This document shows, piece after piece, positions 31,812-42,212 of a stretch of 64,000 nt of DNA; position 1 is the first letter of the stretch; each line of letters starts with the position of its first letter. The stretch is from Promethearchaeati archaeon (GTDB taxonomy: Archaea; Asgardarchaeota; Heimdallarchaeia; Heimdallarchaeales; Heimdallarchaeaceae): positions 224,009-288,008 of the forward strand of contig JABLTJ010000001.1 of NCBI GenBank assembly GCA_013166775.1. The letters run 5' to 3'. The position numbers and the translations under genes are program-made. Below the pieces are notes generated by a model. It saw nothing but the letters and a program-made list of their open reading frames with translations. It did no database searches and had not been told where the DNA came from.

Positions 31812-32819
31812 CTATTTTTTAATTTCTTTTAGAAATAGATCCACAATTAATTCCAATTGCTTTTCTTTTTTTTCTGGAAAATCTTTGTTTTTTGAAATAT
31901 TCATTCCAGCTGCAGTTTGGTGACCTCCACCTGATCCACCTAAATGTAATGCTAGATTATTGGATATATCTCCTAAGTTTAGATTATTTTTTTCAGCGAA
32001 ACTTTTAGTGCATCGAAAACTGATTCTATACTCATCAATATTTGGGTTGGCTAGAACAATAGAGCAATTTGCTCCGAGTTCGATAAGTGATCTAGCTACT
32101 GAAGATTCAAAAGTACTGACATACGATGAAGCTATAATGAAAGGATCATCTTTGTAAATTCTTACTCTTGTAGCAGCTTTCAGTCTAGCAATTCTTTCAG
32201 AAACTGAAAGAGGAGATTGAAGCATAGATAAGGCATTTTCATAATCCCCCCCTGTATCAATTAGATAGTTAACTATCGAGAAAGTAAACTTAGATAAATG
32301 GATGAAACGTCTAGTATCAAACAGAATCCCTGCGATAAGTATGGTTGCAATATCAGCAGGAATAGAGACCTTCAATTCCTTGAACAAATTCACCATTATT
32401 TCTGCTGTAGATGTTATTGGGAGTATAATTGAATGACGTGCGCGATTGGTAAATTCATGATCTGAATGATGATCGATTATGAAAATTGGTAAATTCTTTT
32501 CCAATTTGCTTTCTAAATCCGAAAATCCAACTTGTTTTAGATTGTTTACATCACATAAGAAAAACGCATCTAAATCTTGATTGGAAAATTCTTCGCAAAT
32601 TTGTTCTTTTCGAAATGAAAAGAGGTTTTTTGAAAGCGTATTTGATGATTTTATATATAGTTTTACAGAAACATTCGTAACTAGATGTTCAATCAAATAT
32701 TTTAGGCTAACAACACTAGCAACTGCATCTGGATCTGCATTTTGATGAGTAAATATTCCTACATTCTTTATTTTCTTTTGCTTTAGAATGTGAATTATTT
32801 TTGAGAATTCTTGCGACAT
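31812..32819 (-). CDS. DHH/DHHA1 family phosphoesterase
   Basis: HQNADPDA, IDHH, FDT, GGGH. Confidence 0.92.
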   Translation of the reverse strand: MSQEFSKIIHILKQKKIKNVGIFTHQNADPDAVASVVSLKYLIEHLVTNVSVKLYIKSSNTLSKNLFSFRKEQICEEFSNQDLDAFFLCDVNNLKQVGFSDLESKLEKNLPIFIIDHHSDHEFTNRARHSIILPITSTAEIMVNLFKELKVSIPADIATILIAGILFDTRRFIHLSKFTFSIVNYLIDTGGDYENALSMLQSPLSVSERIARLKAATRVRIYKDDPFIIASSYVSTFESSVARSLIELGANCSIVLANPNIDEYRISFRCTKSFAEKNNLNLGDISNNLALHLGGSGGGHQTAAGMNISKNKDFPEKKEKQLELIVDLFLKEIKK

Positions 32820-33106
32820 ATAAGTTCCTCTTTTAAATTCTCATTACCATAATTAGATAATTCTTTCTGTAAATCATCTAATTGCTCTTCAGTAAGTTCC
32901 CCAGAGATGTCAAAGTCTAATGTTAAAGTTAGAAGATTGTTGGAAGATTGTATTAAACCTACCAATATATCAAAATCAGTAACAAGCTCCCAGACTGGAG
33001 ATTTTTCAAACTGCGAATAGATTTTCTCCTCAACAAAGGTAGCAAGTTCTTCAAGTTCATCATCTGTTAGGGATTTAAGACCAACATCTATAATATCAGT
33101 AGTCAT
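32795..33106 (-). CDS. DUF3194-like small acidic archaeal protein
   Basis: IGL..LTDDELEEL pattern and conserved position between pfdB and the DHH gene. Confidence 0.6.
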   Translation of the reverse strand: MTTDIIDVGLKSLTDDELEELATFVEEKIYSQFEKSPVWELVTDFDILVGLIQSSNNLLTLTLDFDISGELTEEQLDDLQKELSNYGNENLKEELICRKNSQK

Positions 33107-33155
33107 GGAATATCATCTCTCATCTTACTAGTTTTTAAGGGAAATTTAAGGATGG

Positions 33156-33500
33156 TTAACTTTGTCCCATTAATTTCTCTTGAAGTTCCTTGACTGAAGC
33201 AACTAATTTCTTTTCTCTATTAGTTAGAGAAGAAAGCCTAACTTCAATTTGCTCTTGCTGTTCTGAAAGATGTTTCTTCACTTTCTCAATATTAGTTTGG
33301 AACAATAGTCGTCCAGCTGAACGATATATATTGGATTCAGCATCTATGGTCTTTGTTTCTTTTATTGCACTTTCTACGTCTCTTTTCTCCATTTCTAACT
33401 GTTGAAGATTTGCTCTAATGATTTCTAATTGCTGAACTAATTGATTAAATCGTTGAAATTCTTCTTGTTGTTCAGGTGTTAATTGTGGAGTTGCCATCAT
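33156..33500 (-). CDS. pfdB: Prefoldin beta subunit
   Basis: Coiled-coil, hairpin, coiled-coil layout with IYRSAGRLL. Confidence 0.9.
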   Translation of the reverse strand: MMATPQLTPEQQEEFQRFNQLVQQLEIIRANLQQLEMEKRDVESAIKETKTIDAESNIYRSAGRLLFQTNIEKVKKHLSEQQEQIEVRLSSLTNREKKLVASVKELQEKLMGQS

Positions 33501-33711
33501 TTTTCCTCTTTTAATTACTAATCAACGCTAAAGAAAACTCAAATAAATCTTTTGATAAAAGGGAAAGAAAGTTCAGAAAAACATTATTTTGATGATAATT
33601 CTCAGATAGCTATTAGATAGTAGACGGATAGTAAAACTAATTAAAAATAATGAAATCAAGAAAAATGGTTAAGGCTTTTTGAAAGGAAAAAAAGAAAGAT
33701 TGGAGAAACGC

Positions 33712-34857
33712 TTAGATACAACGATATACTGAGGTTGGACCGATCTCTTTGTATTCCTTACGAGTTACCCACAATTTAGCAAAGGTCTTTAGGGAGCTTA
33801 AGATACTTCCACCAATCCAGACTGAATATCTTCTTTCAGGGGGAGCAATAATCTTTACTTCCATTGTCTCTGGAACTAATTCTGTTAGTTCTTTGTGTAG
33901 ACGTTCCTTAAGACCGGGGAACATTGTTGAACCACCAGAAAGTACTATATTAGCGTATAAATCTCGTCTAAGATCTACATCACAATTCTGAATGGACCTG
34001 TAAATTAATTCGTCTAGTGGGTTTTCTTCTGAACCAATAGCACCTGGATTGAAGAACAATTCAGGAGCCATGAAACGTTCAGCGCCTATTGTAAGTGTTT
34101 CACCATCAGGTAAGGTATATGTTTTCTCCATTCCAGAAACTTTTTCTGCAAGTTTTAGTTCTTTCTCTGGATCTAGAGCAACATAGCAAAGACGTTCCTT
34201 AATATCACGAACTATTTCTCTTTCAGCACTACTTGATAAAGAGTAACCTCTTTGTCTTAATAGTCTTCTGAGATAATCAGTTACGTCACGACCCCCTATG
34301 TCAGATCGATGTATAGCGTGACTAATAGCAAATCCTTCGTATACAGGTACTATGTGTGTAACTCCATCACCTGAGTCTACAACAATACCAGTTGTACGAC
34401 CAGATGCATAAAGTGACAGAATAGCCTGCATTGAAATATACATTGCAGGAACATTAAAAGTATCGAACATTAGCTCTGCCATCTTTTCCTTATTTTGATT
34501 CTTATTCAAAGGAGGTTCTGTTAGCAGAACTGGATGTTCATTAGGATTGACTCTTAAATCATTGTAGAAAGTATAATGCCAAATACGCTCCATGGCATCC
34601 CAATCTTGTACTTGTCCATGCTCAACAGGATAAACAAGTTTCAAAACACCTCGGAGGTTTATTGCTTCCTCGCCAATGTAATACTCACGCACATAGTGCT
34701 CAACATCAGTCATGATTATTTGATATTTTGGATAACCAATAATTGTTGGGAAAACGCTTCTGGGTTGATCTTCTCCGGCAAAACCGTTTTTTGTAAAGCC
34801 AGTACCATTATCTATAACCAGTGGTTTATTCTGAATCATCTCTTCCATAGTTATCAC
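33712..34857 (-). CDS. Asgard actin (Lokiactin-type)
   Basis: [56 protein letters not shown]. Confidence 0.97.
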   Translation of the reverse strand: MITMEEMIQNKPLVIDNGTGFTKNGFAGEDQPRSVFPTIIGYPKYQIIMTDVEHYVREYYIGEEAINLRGVLKLVYPVEHGQVQDWDAMERIWHYTFYNDLRVNPNEHPVLLTEPPLNKNQNKEKMAELMFDTFNVPAMYISMQAILSLYASGRTTGIVVDSGDGVTHIVPVYEGFAISHAIHRSDIGGRDVTDYLRRLLRQRGYSLSSSAEREIVRDIKERLCYVALDPEKELKLAEKVSGMEKTYTLPDGETLTIGAERFMAPELFFNPGAIGSEENPLDELIYRSIQNCDVDLRRDLYANIVLSGGSTMFPGLKERLHKELTELVPETMEVKIIAPPERRYSVWIGGSILSSLKTFAKLWVTRKEYKEIGPTSVYRCI

Positions 34858-35467
34858 TTTTTTTACTAGTTTTTTGTTTGAATTTAGTTATAGTCTTATG
34901 TATCCAATAATCAGATTGTATTAATTAAACTTTTTGATAGTATGAGCCGCAATATCATTATCCCTATCGTAGCTTTTATAAGCCAAATGTCGATTTTTGT
35001 ACGATTCTCAAGCATGTTGAAGTAACGATTATTTGGTTTTCAGAATCCTCTCTGTTTGAGAGTTTGTGAAGCTGTCTAGAACATTTTTGTTTCAAAATTA
35101 TCTCCATATTTGTATCAGTTTTTCAGTTATTGTTATCATTGAGTTTTCCAAACCCTTCTTGTCTTTTATACCAATAATTTTCATCCAAGCTTTGAAGCTT
35201 TTACTTCATTACATTGTAGTAATATTCACCTTTTTTTATCAATCTAATTATTGGAACGGTATAAAACGTATATGAATTATAGTATCTAACTATTTGAGAG
35301 CTAGATTAAACGCTATAATATGAACTGTTGAATCATTGAAACAAAGGTGCGGAAAATATATAAATGTGGAATGAAACAGAAAATCTAGTCTCAAAACTAT
35401 AGGTATCTATAGATTAATTTTCGAGACTTGTAATAACACATAAAACAAAATGTGATGTGTAAATAGT

Positions 35468-37288
35468 ATGAACAAAAAAGTACTTAGTTTATGTATAGTA
35501 GTTTTGTTTGGTTTTTCCATGATTATGGGAGCAACACAAGCTCAAGAAACAGCAATAAACATTGTGTTTAATATAAACTTGCTCTCACCAAATACAAGTC
35601 CAGCTCGAAATCAATGGTCCTTGTTAATGGAACAAACCTTACCAAAAATTGGAATCGGCATAACCTTCCACGAATCTACCGGATGGGGTAACATCGGTCC
35701 ACGAACTTGGTCTTATCCAGTTGGTATCGAGTATGATTATGTCCCACTCTATGAATACGGTGGTTACGACCTTCTCTTTGTAGGATGGTCATGGCCATTA
35801 GATCTTAACCTACAAGGGTTATATGAAACAGCAGCTATAACACCTAATGGTGATAACCATTATCAGTATAGCAATCCTACATATGATGCTCTATTAGCAG
35901 ATTATATGTCTGAATTTGACATACCAACACAATTGAGTTTGGCAAAGGACCTTCAAGCAATTCTCTATGAAGATCAACCAGCTATTCCAATAATATATGC
36001 AAGATCCCTCTTTGGATTAAAAGAAGGACTTACAGGTATTGATCACTTACTATTGGCCAGTTCTGGTCAACGTATGGAATACTGGGATGACCCAGCCGAT
36101 CATATAATCAACTATGGTATCCCAGCTGATTTAAGAGAACCAAACGTTTTCGCAGCTGAATCATTTTATGATTGGCAATGGATGTACCAAGTTTATGGAA
36201 ATATAATGAAGAGAGAACAAGGAGTGTATACTTGGGAACCTGAAGTAGCATCAGCAATTTCTACAACAGTAGATCTTGTTGCTGGAACACAAACCGTTGA
36301 AATAGAATTGGATCCACTAGCTACATTCAGTGATGGAGAAGCTGTCCTTCCTGAAGATGTTGTCTACAGTTACCAAATGCATATGACACCAGCATCTGGT
36401 TCAGGAGATTATTCAACCATGGTATATTGGTTTGGTGACAACTCTTCTATCGAAGTCAATGCAGCTACTGGAAATGTGGCTGGAGGAAATGTTACACTAG
36501 AAATGACTGGTCCATTCAACCTATGGCAAAGCTTACTTGAACGAGAAATACTTGATAAAAGCGATGTTGAACCACGTATTACTTCTCGTGGATGGGGAAT
36601 TCTTAACATCATGCCTCTCAGTGCTGCAGATGTTAACGGCGATGGTGCTGCACTTGTCAAATCTTGTGGTCCAATGATGCTAGAATCATTTGATACAACA
36701 CAAAGTGTTGTAAAGCTAGTACCTAATCCATATTGGCATGGAGACACAGTAGATTTAGTTGAATTCTATCTAACCTATATTGGTACTAAAGATTCAGCTG
36801 TATCAGATTTAATTACTGGAGCAATTGACATTATGGATGCTCAATTCTTCCCAGATTGGACAGACTTTGAAGGTGTTACTGGAATTGAAGGTGTTCTTGT
36901 TAAAGATCCTGGTCACCAAGAAATGGGGATCAACATGCTTCACCCAGTAATGGGTACTGGTGAATTGACACCTGTTGGTACAGAAGAAGCTGCTAAATGG
37001 GTAAGAAAAGCAATCAGTCATGCATGTCCTCGTGATATCATTGTAGAAGAAATTATGAATGGTTTAGGGGCTGCAGCAACAACTCCTGTTCCAGACGCAG
37101 TCGTTGGATATGATGACACATTAGAACCTTATGCATACGATCTTGATATAGCAATCGACTATATGGAAGATGCTGGATTTACAGTCTTAACAACTGTTGA
37201 AACTGAACCTACAGGAATTACTGGATTAGTGTTCTTATCCTTCCTCGGATTAGCTGCCTTAGAAGCACTAAGAAGACGTAAGAAATAA
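35468..37288 (+). CDS. Family 5 (peptide/nickel) ABC substrate-binding protein, membrane-anchored, apparently circularly permuted
   Basis: Signal peptide; FSDG..V..EDV, GP..L, NPY, VRKAI, YSNP.YD; C-terminal TM followed by RRRKK. Confidence 0.85.
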   Translation: MNKKVLSLCIVVLFGFSMIMGATQAQETAINIVFNINLLSPNTSPARNQWSLLMEQTLPKIGIGITFHESTGWGNIGPRTWSYPVGIEYDYVPLYEYGGYDLLFVGWSWPLDLNLQGLYETAAITPNGDNHYQYSNPTYDALLADYMSEFDIPTQLSLAKDLQAILYEDQPAIPIIYARSLFGLKEGLTGIDHLLLASSGQRMEYWDDPADHIINYGIPADLREPNVFAAESFYDWQWMYQVYGNIMKREQGVYTWEPEVASAISTTVDLVAGTQTVEIELDPLATFSDGEAVLPEDVVYSYQMHMTPASGSGDYSTMVYWFGDNSSIEVNAATGNVAGGNVTLEMTGPFNLWQSLLEREILDKSDVEPRITSRGWGILNIMPLSAADVNGDGAALVKSCGPMMLESFDTTQSVVKLVPNPYWHGDTVDLVEFYLTYIGTKDSAVSDLITGAIDIMDAQFFPDWTDFEGVTGIEGVLVKDPGHQEMGINMLHPVMGTGELTPVGTEEAAKWVRKAISHACPRDIIVEEIMNGLGAAATTPVPDAVVGYDDTLEPYAYDLDIAIDYMEDAGFTVLTTVETEPTGITGLVFLSFLGLAALEALRRRKK

Positions 37289-37295
37289 CCAAACA

Positions 37296-37328
37296 AACTT
37301 TTTTTCTTTTTTTTTCCTTTTTCTTTTC
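37296..37328 (+). terminator. Oligo-T archaeal terminator
   Basis: Long T-tracts directly after the stop codon of the binding-protein gene. Confidence 0.55.
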
Positions 37329-37556
37329 TAAAAAACACTAATTATATTTATGGTTCAAATCGCGTATGAGAGCATTTTTTCTCCTTTCCCTTTTCTTTAT
37401 TTTCTCTTCTGTAATATGTTACTTTTTATCGAATTTTCCGATTATATCTCTTTCTCATTAATCATGGCATCTAATGGTTATCTCTGCCATAGAGTAAGAT
37501 TTTAAAACCTTCTTATAAACTCAATCGTGATTATAGAAACTGTCGGTGTCGAGTAA

Positions 37557-40500
37557 ATGGTTAAGGTTGTTGGTGTATTCAAAAATCTTGTTTCTTCACC
37601 TCATAAATTGGTTAAAATCCAAATACCTAGAGAAAAAAGCAACATATTATTAAGCAATATAGAAGACATAGATTTCTTTGAACAAGTTATAGTTGATCCA
37701 CAAAGTCCTAAAGAACAGGCAAGAATACAAAATTTAGTTGACAAGTTTAAAGATTATAAAAAAAGGTTAATTCATTTTTGCTCAATTCTGCAAATTTCTT
37801 TAGCTGAATTACCACAATTTAGAGAAAAGGATTCCTCTCTTCTTTTAAATCTTAATGGTCTTACCACAGATCTTGAAGTTTTTTTTGAAAAGAATGAAGG
37901 GAACATAACAACTAAATTTGAGAACCTTCAACAATTGAGAAAGGAAGAAAGAATTCTTTCATCTTTGTTGCTATTTCAGACTCAAACTGAACAAGATGTG
38001 TTCTCTGTAGATTTGTTGACATCAAGCTCAAGCACTTATACTTTTCTTGGTGAGATTCCTGCTTCTTACGAAGAATTAATCCGTTTTTACTTAATGGAAA
38101 TCACTTCCAATCAAGCGTTTTTCTGGAGTACTCCTTCTGATGGAAGCGGGTATAAGATTTTACTCTGTATAACTACAATGGAGTATAAGAATCAAATTGA
38201 GGAAATTTTAAATGATAATTATTTTGACTCAACAAAATTAGATTTGGACGTTCTCAAATCACTTGAAAATCTTTCTAAAGAGAATTCGATTGTAGAATCG
38301 CATCAAAAAATAACAGCAGATATAGCTGAAATAGAGCAAAGCTTACAGAATCTCTCCCTGAATATTAAGGAACAATCTATTAACTTCCTGTCTTTAATTC
38401 TGAAGAGCTTAAGAATTCTATTAATTGAGGAAAAAGGAAGAACAACAGATAAAGATTTTACAATTTGGGCCTGGGTAAAAAAGAAAGATTATGAAATTAT
38501 GATAAGTGAAATAACCACTGTTTTAGGTTTTGAACCCAAAGTGTCAATATTAGATGACATTCCTTTCCCCCACAAAAAGACAAAGCAGGAAGAGGAAGAA
38601 GAAATAATCATAAAACCTTTAGAATCTTATGAGGAGGAAGAAGCTTTACATGTACCTCACTTAACTCATAGAGGAACCAAAGCTGAAGGTGGTTTTCTTT
38701 TTCCACAAAAATCCTCTTTCATTAAACTTGAATCAAGTGAAAAACATTCAAGAGAATTCATCTCTGTAATTCATTCCTTAAATGCAATTCATCCAATTAA
38801 AGTAGGTTCCTTGAATAAAGAAACTATTGAGAAACTTAATGAGCAAAAAATAGAACTTAATCAATATTTAGCAAGAATCAAGAAGATAAGCGAAGCGTTG
38901 AATATTCAAACTCTAGAAGTAAATATTGAGGAGAAATATCAACTAGTAGATGATTTACCACATTCAAAAGCATTTATTGAAAATTTCTTGCGTGATTTTG
39001 AAGAAACAATATTAAAACAAACAAAGGAATATAATCAATTAGAAAGACAAAAGGAGCAAATAGAACTCTATTTGCCATTTGAACAAGAATTGAAAGAAAG
39101 AGGAATGGATGTAGATTTACTTGAAGGTGGATTCCAAACAATAACTCTTTTGGGGTCAATTCCTAGCAACCACTATAAGGCAGTTAATTTCTTCTTAAAA
39201 GAGGTAACAGATAGCAATATGCTGTTATGGACATCAGATCCAGTAAGTTCGAGTAAGAATGAAAAAAATATTTTACTAATAACCTTGAAAGAGTATGAGA
39301 CTCCCATATTAAGGGTTCTCAACGAATACTCTTTCCTACCTATTGAATTCGATTTAGATATTTTCCAACAGGATGTATCGATTGAAGAAACTAAAAATCA
39401 GCTCGAAAAACAAATATTGGAATCAGAAGTTGTATTAGGGGAATTAAAGGAACAAATTATTGAGAAACTTGTTGCAGCTAATGAATTAATTCAAATAGAA
39501 TTAGATAGAATTCAAGCTACAGAGTTCTGTCAAGTTGCTGAAAATAAAATAACCTTATGGGGATGGATACCAGAAAAAAAGATCAAGGAACTCAATAAAT
39601 TAAACGAAAAATTCCCTGCAGAACTTAAGGTTACATTTAATGCTAAAGTACCTCTAGTTAGTCCTTCAATAACAAAGAAGGGTCAAGTATTTGGTGCCGT
39701 TAGAGGGTTGGTAGGAGGAATTGGAGAACCTAATCCTCACGAAGTAGACCCCTATTCAATTGTAAGGTTTACTTTCCCACTATTATTTGGTATAATGTTT
39801 GCCGATGTTGGTCACGGGATTATGCTAGCTCTTATTGCTGCATTCTTAACAATTAGAAAACGAAGAAAGAAAATCAAACCAGATGAATCAATTTCTGGTT
39901 ATTTATATGCTGGTTCCGAACTTCTATTATTCTGTGGTTTGTCGGCAACTATTTTTGGTTTCCTTTTTGGATCCTTGCTAGGTGATGAAGAATTCATACC
40001 CGAACTAATGCATAGTATAGGTATAGATTGGATACCACTGATTAATCCATTGCATGAAACCAAATTATTTCTAGTTGTTGCACTCATACTAGGTTTTCTA
40101 ATGATTCAGCTTGGAATATGGCTAAAGGTCTATCAAAAATTAAAATATGGCCACAGTGTTGCTTCATGGGCTGCCCCCATATCCTTATCTATCGTTTATG
40201 TAGGAATATTTGCACTTCTTTACAATATAATTGCTAAAGATGTTGAATGGCAAGCTTTAAACATCACATTACCCTTGATGCCAGAATGGATGGTTTGGTT
40301 AGTTGCAGCAGCACCAATACTTTTTGTTTTCGAATTCTTACATGCAAAATCTGATGGAATAATGGACGCAATTGATCACATCATAGCCTTAATTTCAAAC
40401 ACATTATCTTTCAGCCGAATTATGGCACTACTATTAGTTCATGCAATTCTCAGCGGATTACCATTTACACTTACAGGTGTCCATTCACCATTAAGCACCG

Positions 40501-40700
40501 CATGGTACTGGTGGATTGTTGGAATTCTAGTGGGTTTATTCATAATAATTCCAATAGAGGGGCTTCTCTCCTTTTTGAATACACTGAGGTTGCACTGGGT
40601 GGAATGGTTTTCGAAATTTTACGTTGGAGATGGAACTGCATACAAACCACTCACTGAAGAGTCAGATTATATTGATTTTGTACCATCTAAAGGTAGTTGA
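37557..40700 (+). CDS. atpI: A/V-type ATP synthase subunit I (a) with duplicated N-terminal soluble domain
   Basis: EVDP, FGIMFADVGHG, NTLSFSRIMAL (essential Arg), LRLHWVEWFSKFY; 1047 aa. Confidence 0.92.
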   Translation: MVKVVGVFKNLVSSPHKLVKIQIPREKSNILLSNIEDIDFFEQVIVDPQSPKEQARIQNLVDKFKDYKKRLIHFCSILQISLAELPQFREKDSSLLLNLNGLTTDLEVFFEKNEGNITTKFENLQQLRKEERILSSLLLFQTQTEQDVFSVDLLTSSSSTYTFLGEIPASYEELIRFYLMEITSNQAFFWSTPSDGSGYKILLCITTMEYKNQIEEILNDNYFDSTKLDLDVLKSLENLSKENSIVESHQKITADIAEIEQSLQNLSLNIKEQSINFLSLILKSLRILLIEEKGRTTDKDFTIWAWVKKKDYEIMISEITTVLGFEPKVSILDDIPFPHKKTKQEEEEEIIIKPLESYEEEEALHVPHLTHRGTKAEGGFLFPQKSSFIKLESSEKHSREFISVIHSLNAIHPIKVGSLNKETIEKLNEQKIELNQYLARIKKISEALNIQTLEVNIEEKYQLVDDLPHSKAFIENFLRDFEETILKQTKEYNQLERQKEQIELYLPFEQELKERGMDVDLLEGGFQTITLLGSIPSNHYKAVNFFLKEVTDSNMLLWTSDPVSSSKNEKNILLITLKEYETPILRVLNEYSFLPIEFDLDIFQQDVSIEETKNQLEKQILESEVVLGELKEQIIEKLVAANELIQIELDRIQATEFCQVAENKITLWGWIPEKKIKELNKLNEKFPAELKVTFNAKVPLVSPSITKKGQVFGAVRGLVGGIGEPNPHEVDPYSIVRFTFPLLFGIMFADVGHGIMLALIAAFLTIRKRRKKIKPDESISGYLYAGSELLLFCGLSATIFGFLFGSLLGDEEFIPELMHSIGIDWIPLINPLHETKLFLVVALILGFLMIQLGIWLKVYQKLKYGHSVASWAAPISLSIVYVGIFALLYNIIAKDVEWQALNITLPLMPEWMVWLVAAAPILFVFEFLHAKSDGIMDAIDHIIALISNTLSFSRIMALLLVHAILSGLPFTLTGVHSPLSTAWYWWIVGILVGLFIIIPIEGLLSFLNTLRLHWVEWFSKFYVGDGTAYKPLTEESDYIDFVPSKGS

Positions 40701-40701
40701 A

Positions 40702-41694
40702 ATGTCAATCGGAGATATTAGTTATTTAAAAGGAAGAGCTCATGGAATAATTGGAAAAATATTGACAAAATCTCAAATCAGCTTACTACTATCAGCTAAA
40801 AATCTAACAGAACTGAGAGCTGCTTTTACACAAACTCCCTATGACTCAATTATTGGTGATTTGAACTTTGAAACTCAAATTTCTGATGTAGCAAGAAGTT
40901 TCAAGAACTCGTATGCTGATCTTCTGGTTAGGTTCTACAAGCAATCTTCTTCCTCAATGAAAAAGAAAATACAGTTTTTCAGTGAAAGATATAATGCTGA
41001 AAATCTTAGAATAATTCTTCATGGAATTCACATTGATATGAATCACGAGGATATTATAGCCCGTTTGATTCCTGTAGCTAATTACTCCTTAGACTATTAC
41101 AAAAAACTTCTTTCATTGCCTATCCAGCAAATTATTTCAGAACAAAAAGAACCTATTTTACAAAAACAACTAAGGAGGGCATTTGAGGAGTTTAAGAAAA
41201 CTGAACGTTTCACCCCTTTGGAATCCGCAATAGATCAATATGTGTATTCTATTCTACCTAAAGTTTCTGTTCATTATGAGATGTATGTTAACATGAAAAA
41301 CATATTATCTCTGTGTAGATGTTTAACACTGAATATCCCTGCGTACAGGTATATTCTCCCAAACCCATTTATTGCTAAGGGTCTTAATTCTAATTCAATT
41401 TCTGAAGTACTTGAAAAATATAATTACTCTCCATATTCCGCTGTTTTCTCTCCATATATAGGGCAGAAAGAGATTCCAATACATACTCTCGAATTTGCAG
41501 TAGAGCGATACTTATTAAAAATTTGGCGAAAAGCTTTCCGCTATTCTACTGTTTTTAATTCTGATTCAATTGTGGGTTTCTTTGAAATAAAACTAGCTGA
41601 AACAATGGATGTTATTAGGTTAATCGTTGGAGTAAATGCAGGCTTTAGTGAGCAAGAGATAAGAGATAGTCTACTCTACTATTCTATACTCTAG
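40702..41694 (+). CDS. atpC: A/V-type ATP synthase subunit C (d)
   Basis: YLKGRAHG..GKIL, TPY, ENLRIIL, E.AID; ATG 1 bp after the atpI stop. Confidence 0.75.
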   Translation: MSIGDISYLKGRAHGIIGKILTKSQISLLLSAKNLTELRAAFTQTPYDSIIGDLNFETQISDVARSFKNSYADLLVRFYKQSSSSMKKKIQFFSERYNAENLRIILHGIHIDMNHEDIIARLIPVANYSLDYYKKLLSLPIQQIISEQKEPILQKQLRRAFEEFKKTERFTPLESAIDQYVYSILPKVSVHYEMYVNMKNILSLCRCLTLNIPAYRYILPNPFIAKGLNSNSISEVLEKYNYSPYSAVFSPYIGQKEIPIHTLEFAVERYLLKIWRKAFRYSTVFNSDSIVGFFEIKLAETMDVIRLIVGVNAGFSEQEIRDSLLYYSIL

Positions 41695-41743
41695 TTTCAA
41701 GAATATAATCTGATTAGTTCTCTGTATTAAAAAATAAGGGAGT

Positions 41744-42127
41744 TTAAGATGTTAAAACATCAACAGTTTCAGGAACATATTTTTTAATCACTTGCATTGC
41801 AAGTCCAACATTATGTAAATCTCTACTAGCACCAATTAAGATATACTCTCCAGCGCTAGCTAAAATTGTAAAACCTTCTTCTCCTCTAATTAAAACTTGT
41901 TCAAGATCTCCATGAACTAGATTTCCAGTTACCATTTTTCCAGTTGATAATATGGCAGATGATACCGCACTTAATAGATCGGGATCTGTTCCTTTTTCAG
42001 AGAAAAAAGCAACTTTTATTCCTTCAGCATTCACAACTGCTAATGCTTCTAAATCACATCCTAAAGAAATCTGTTTAAGTATTCTAACAAGCTGTTTTCT
42101 TTGTCCTGATGATAAATCTATAGACAT
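41744..42127 (-). CDS. Roadblock/LC7 domain protein
   Basis: AVVNAEG, LSAVSSAIL, LEQVLIRGEEG, NVGLA. Confidence 0.88.
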   Translation of the reverse strand: MSIDLSSGQRKQLVRILKQISLGCDLEALAVVNAEGIKVAFFSEKGTDPDLLSAVSSAILSTGKMVTGNLVHGDLEQVLIRGEEGFTILASAGEYILIGASRDLHNVGLAMQVIKKYVPETVDVLTS

Positions 42128-42212
42128 TTAGTTCACCTATAGTTCCTAATCTACTATTAATAAAACATTATACTATTAAATCTATTGAAAGTATAAAGAG
42201 AGAAAGAAGAAG

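Noticed and set aside
40624-40701. Long N-terminal extensions from the ORF track (atpC from 40624, thrS from 10455, 47402 and 47425 starts)
   Set aside because: They overlap neighbours or promoter regions; downstream ATGs fit the RBS positions and family N-termini better.
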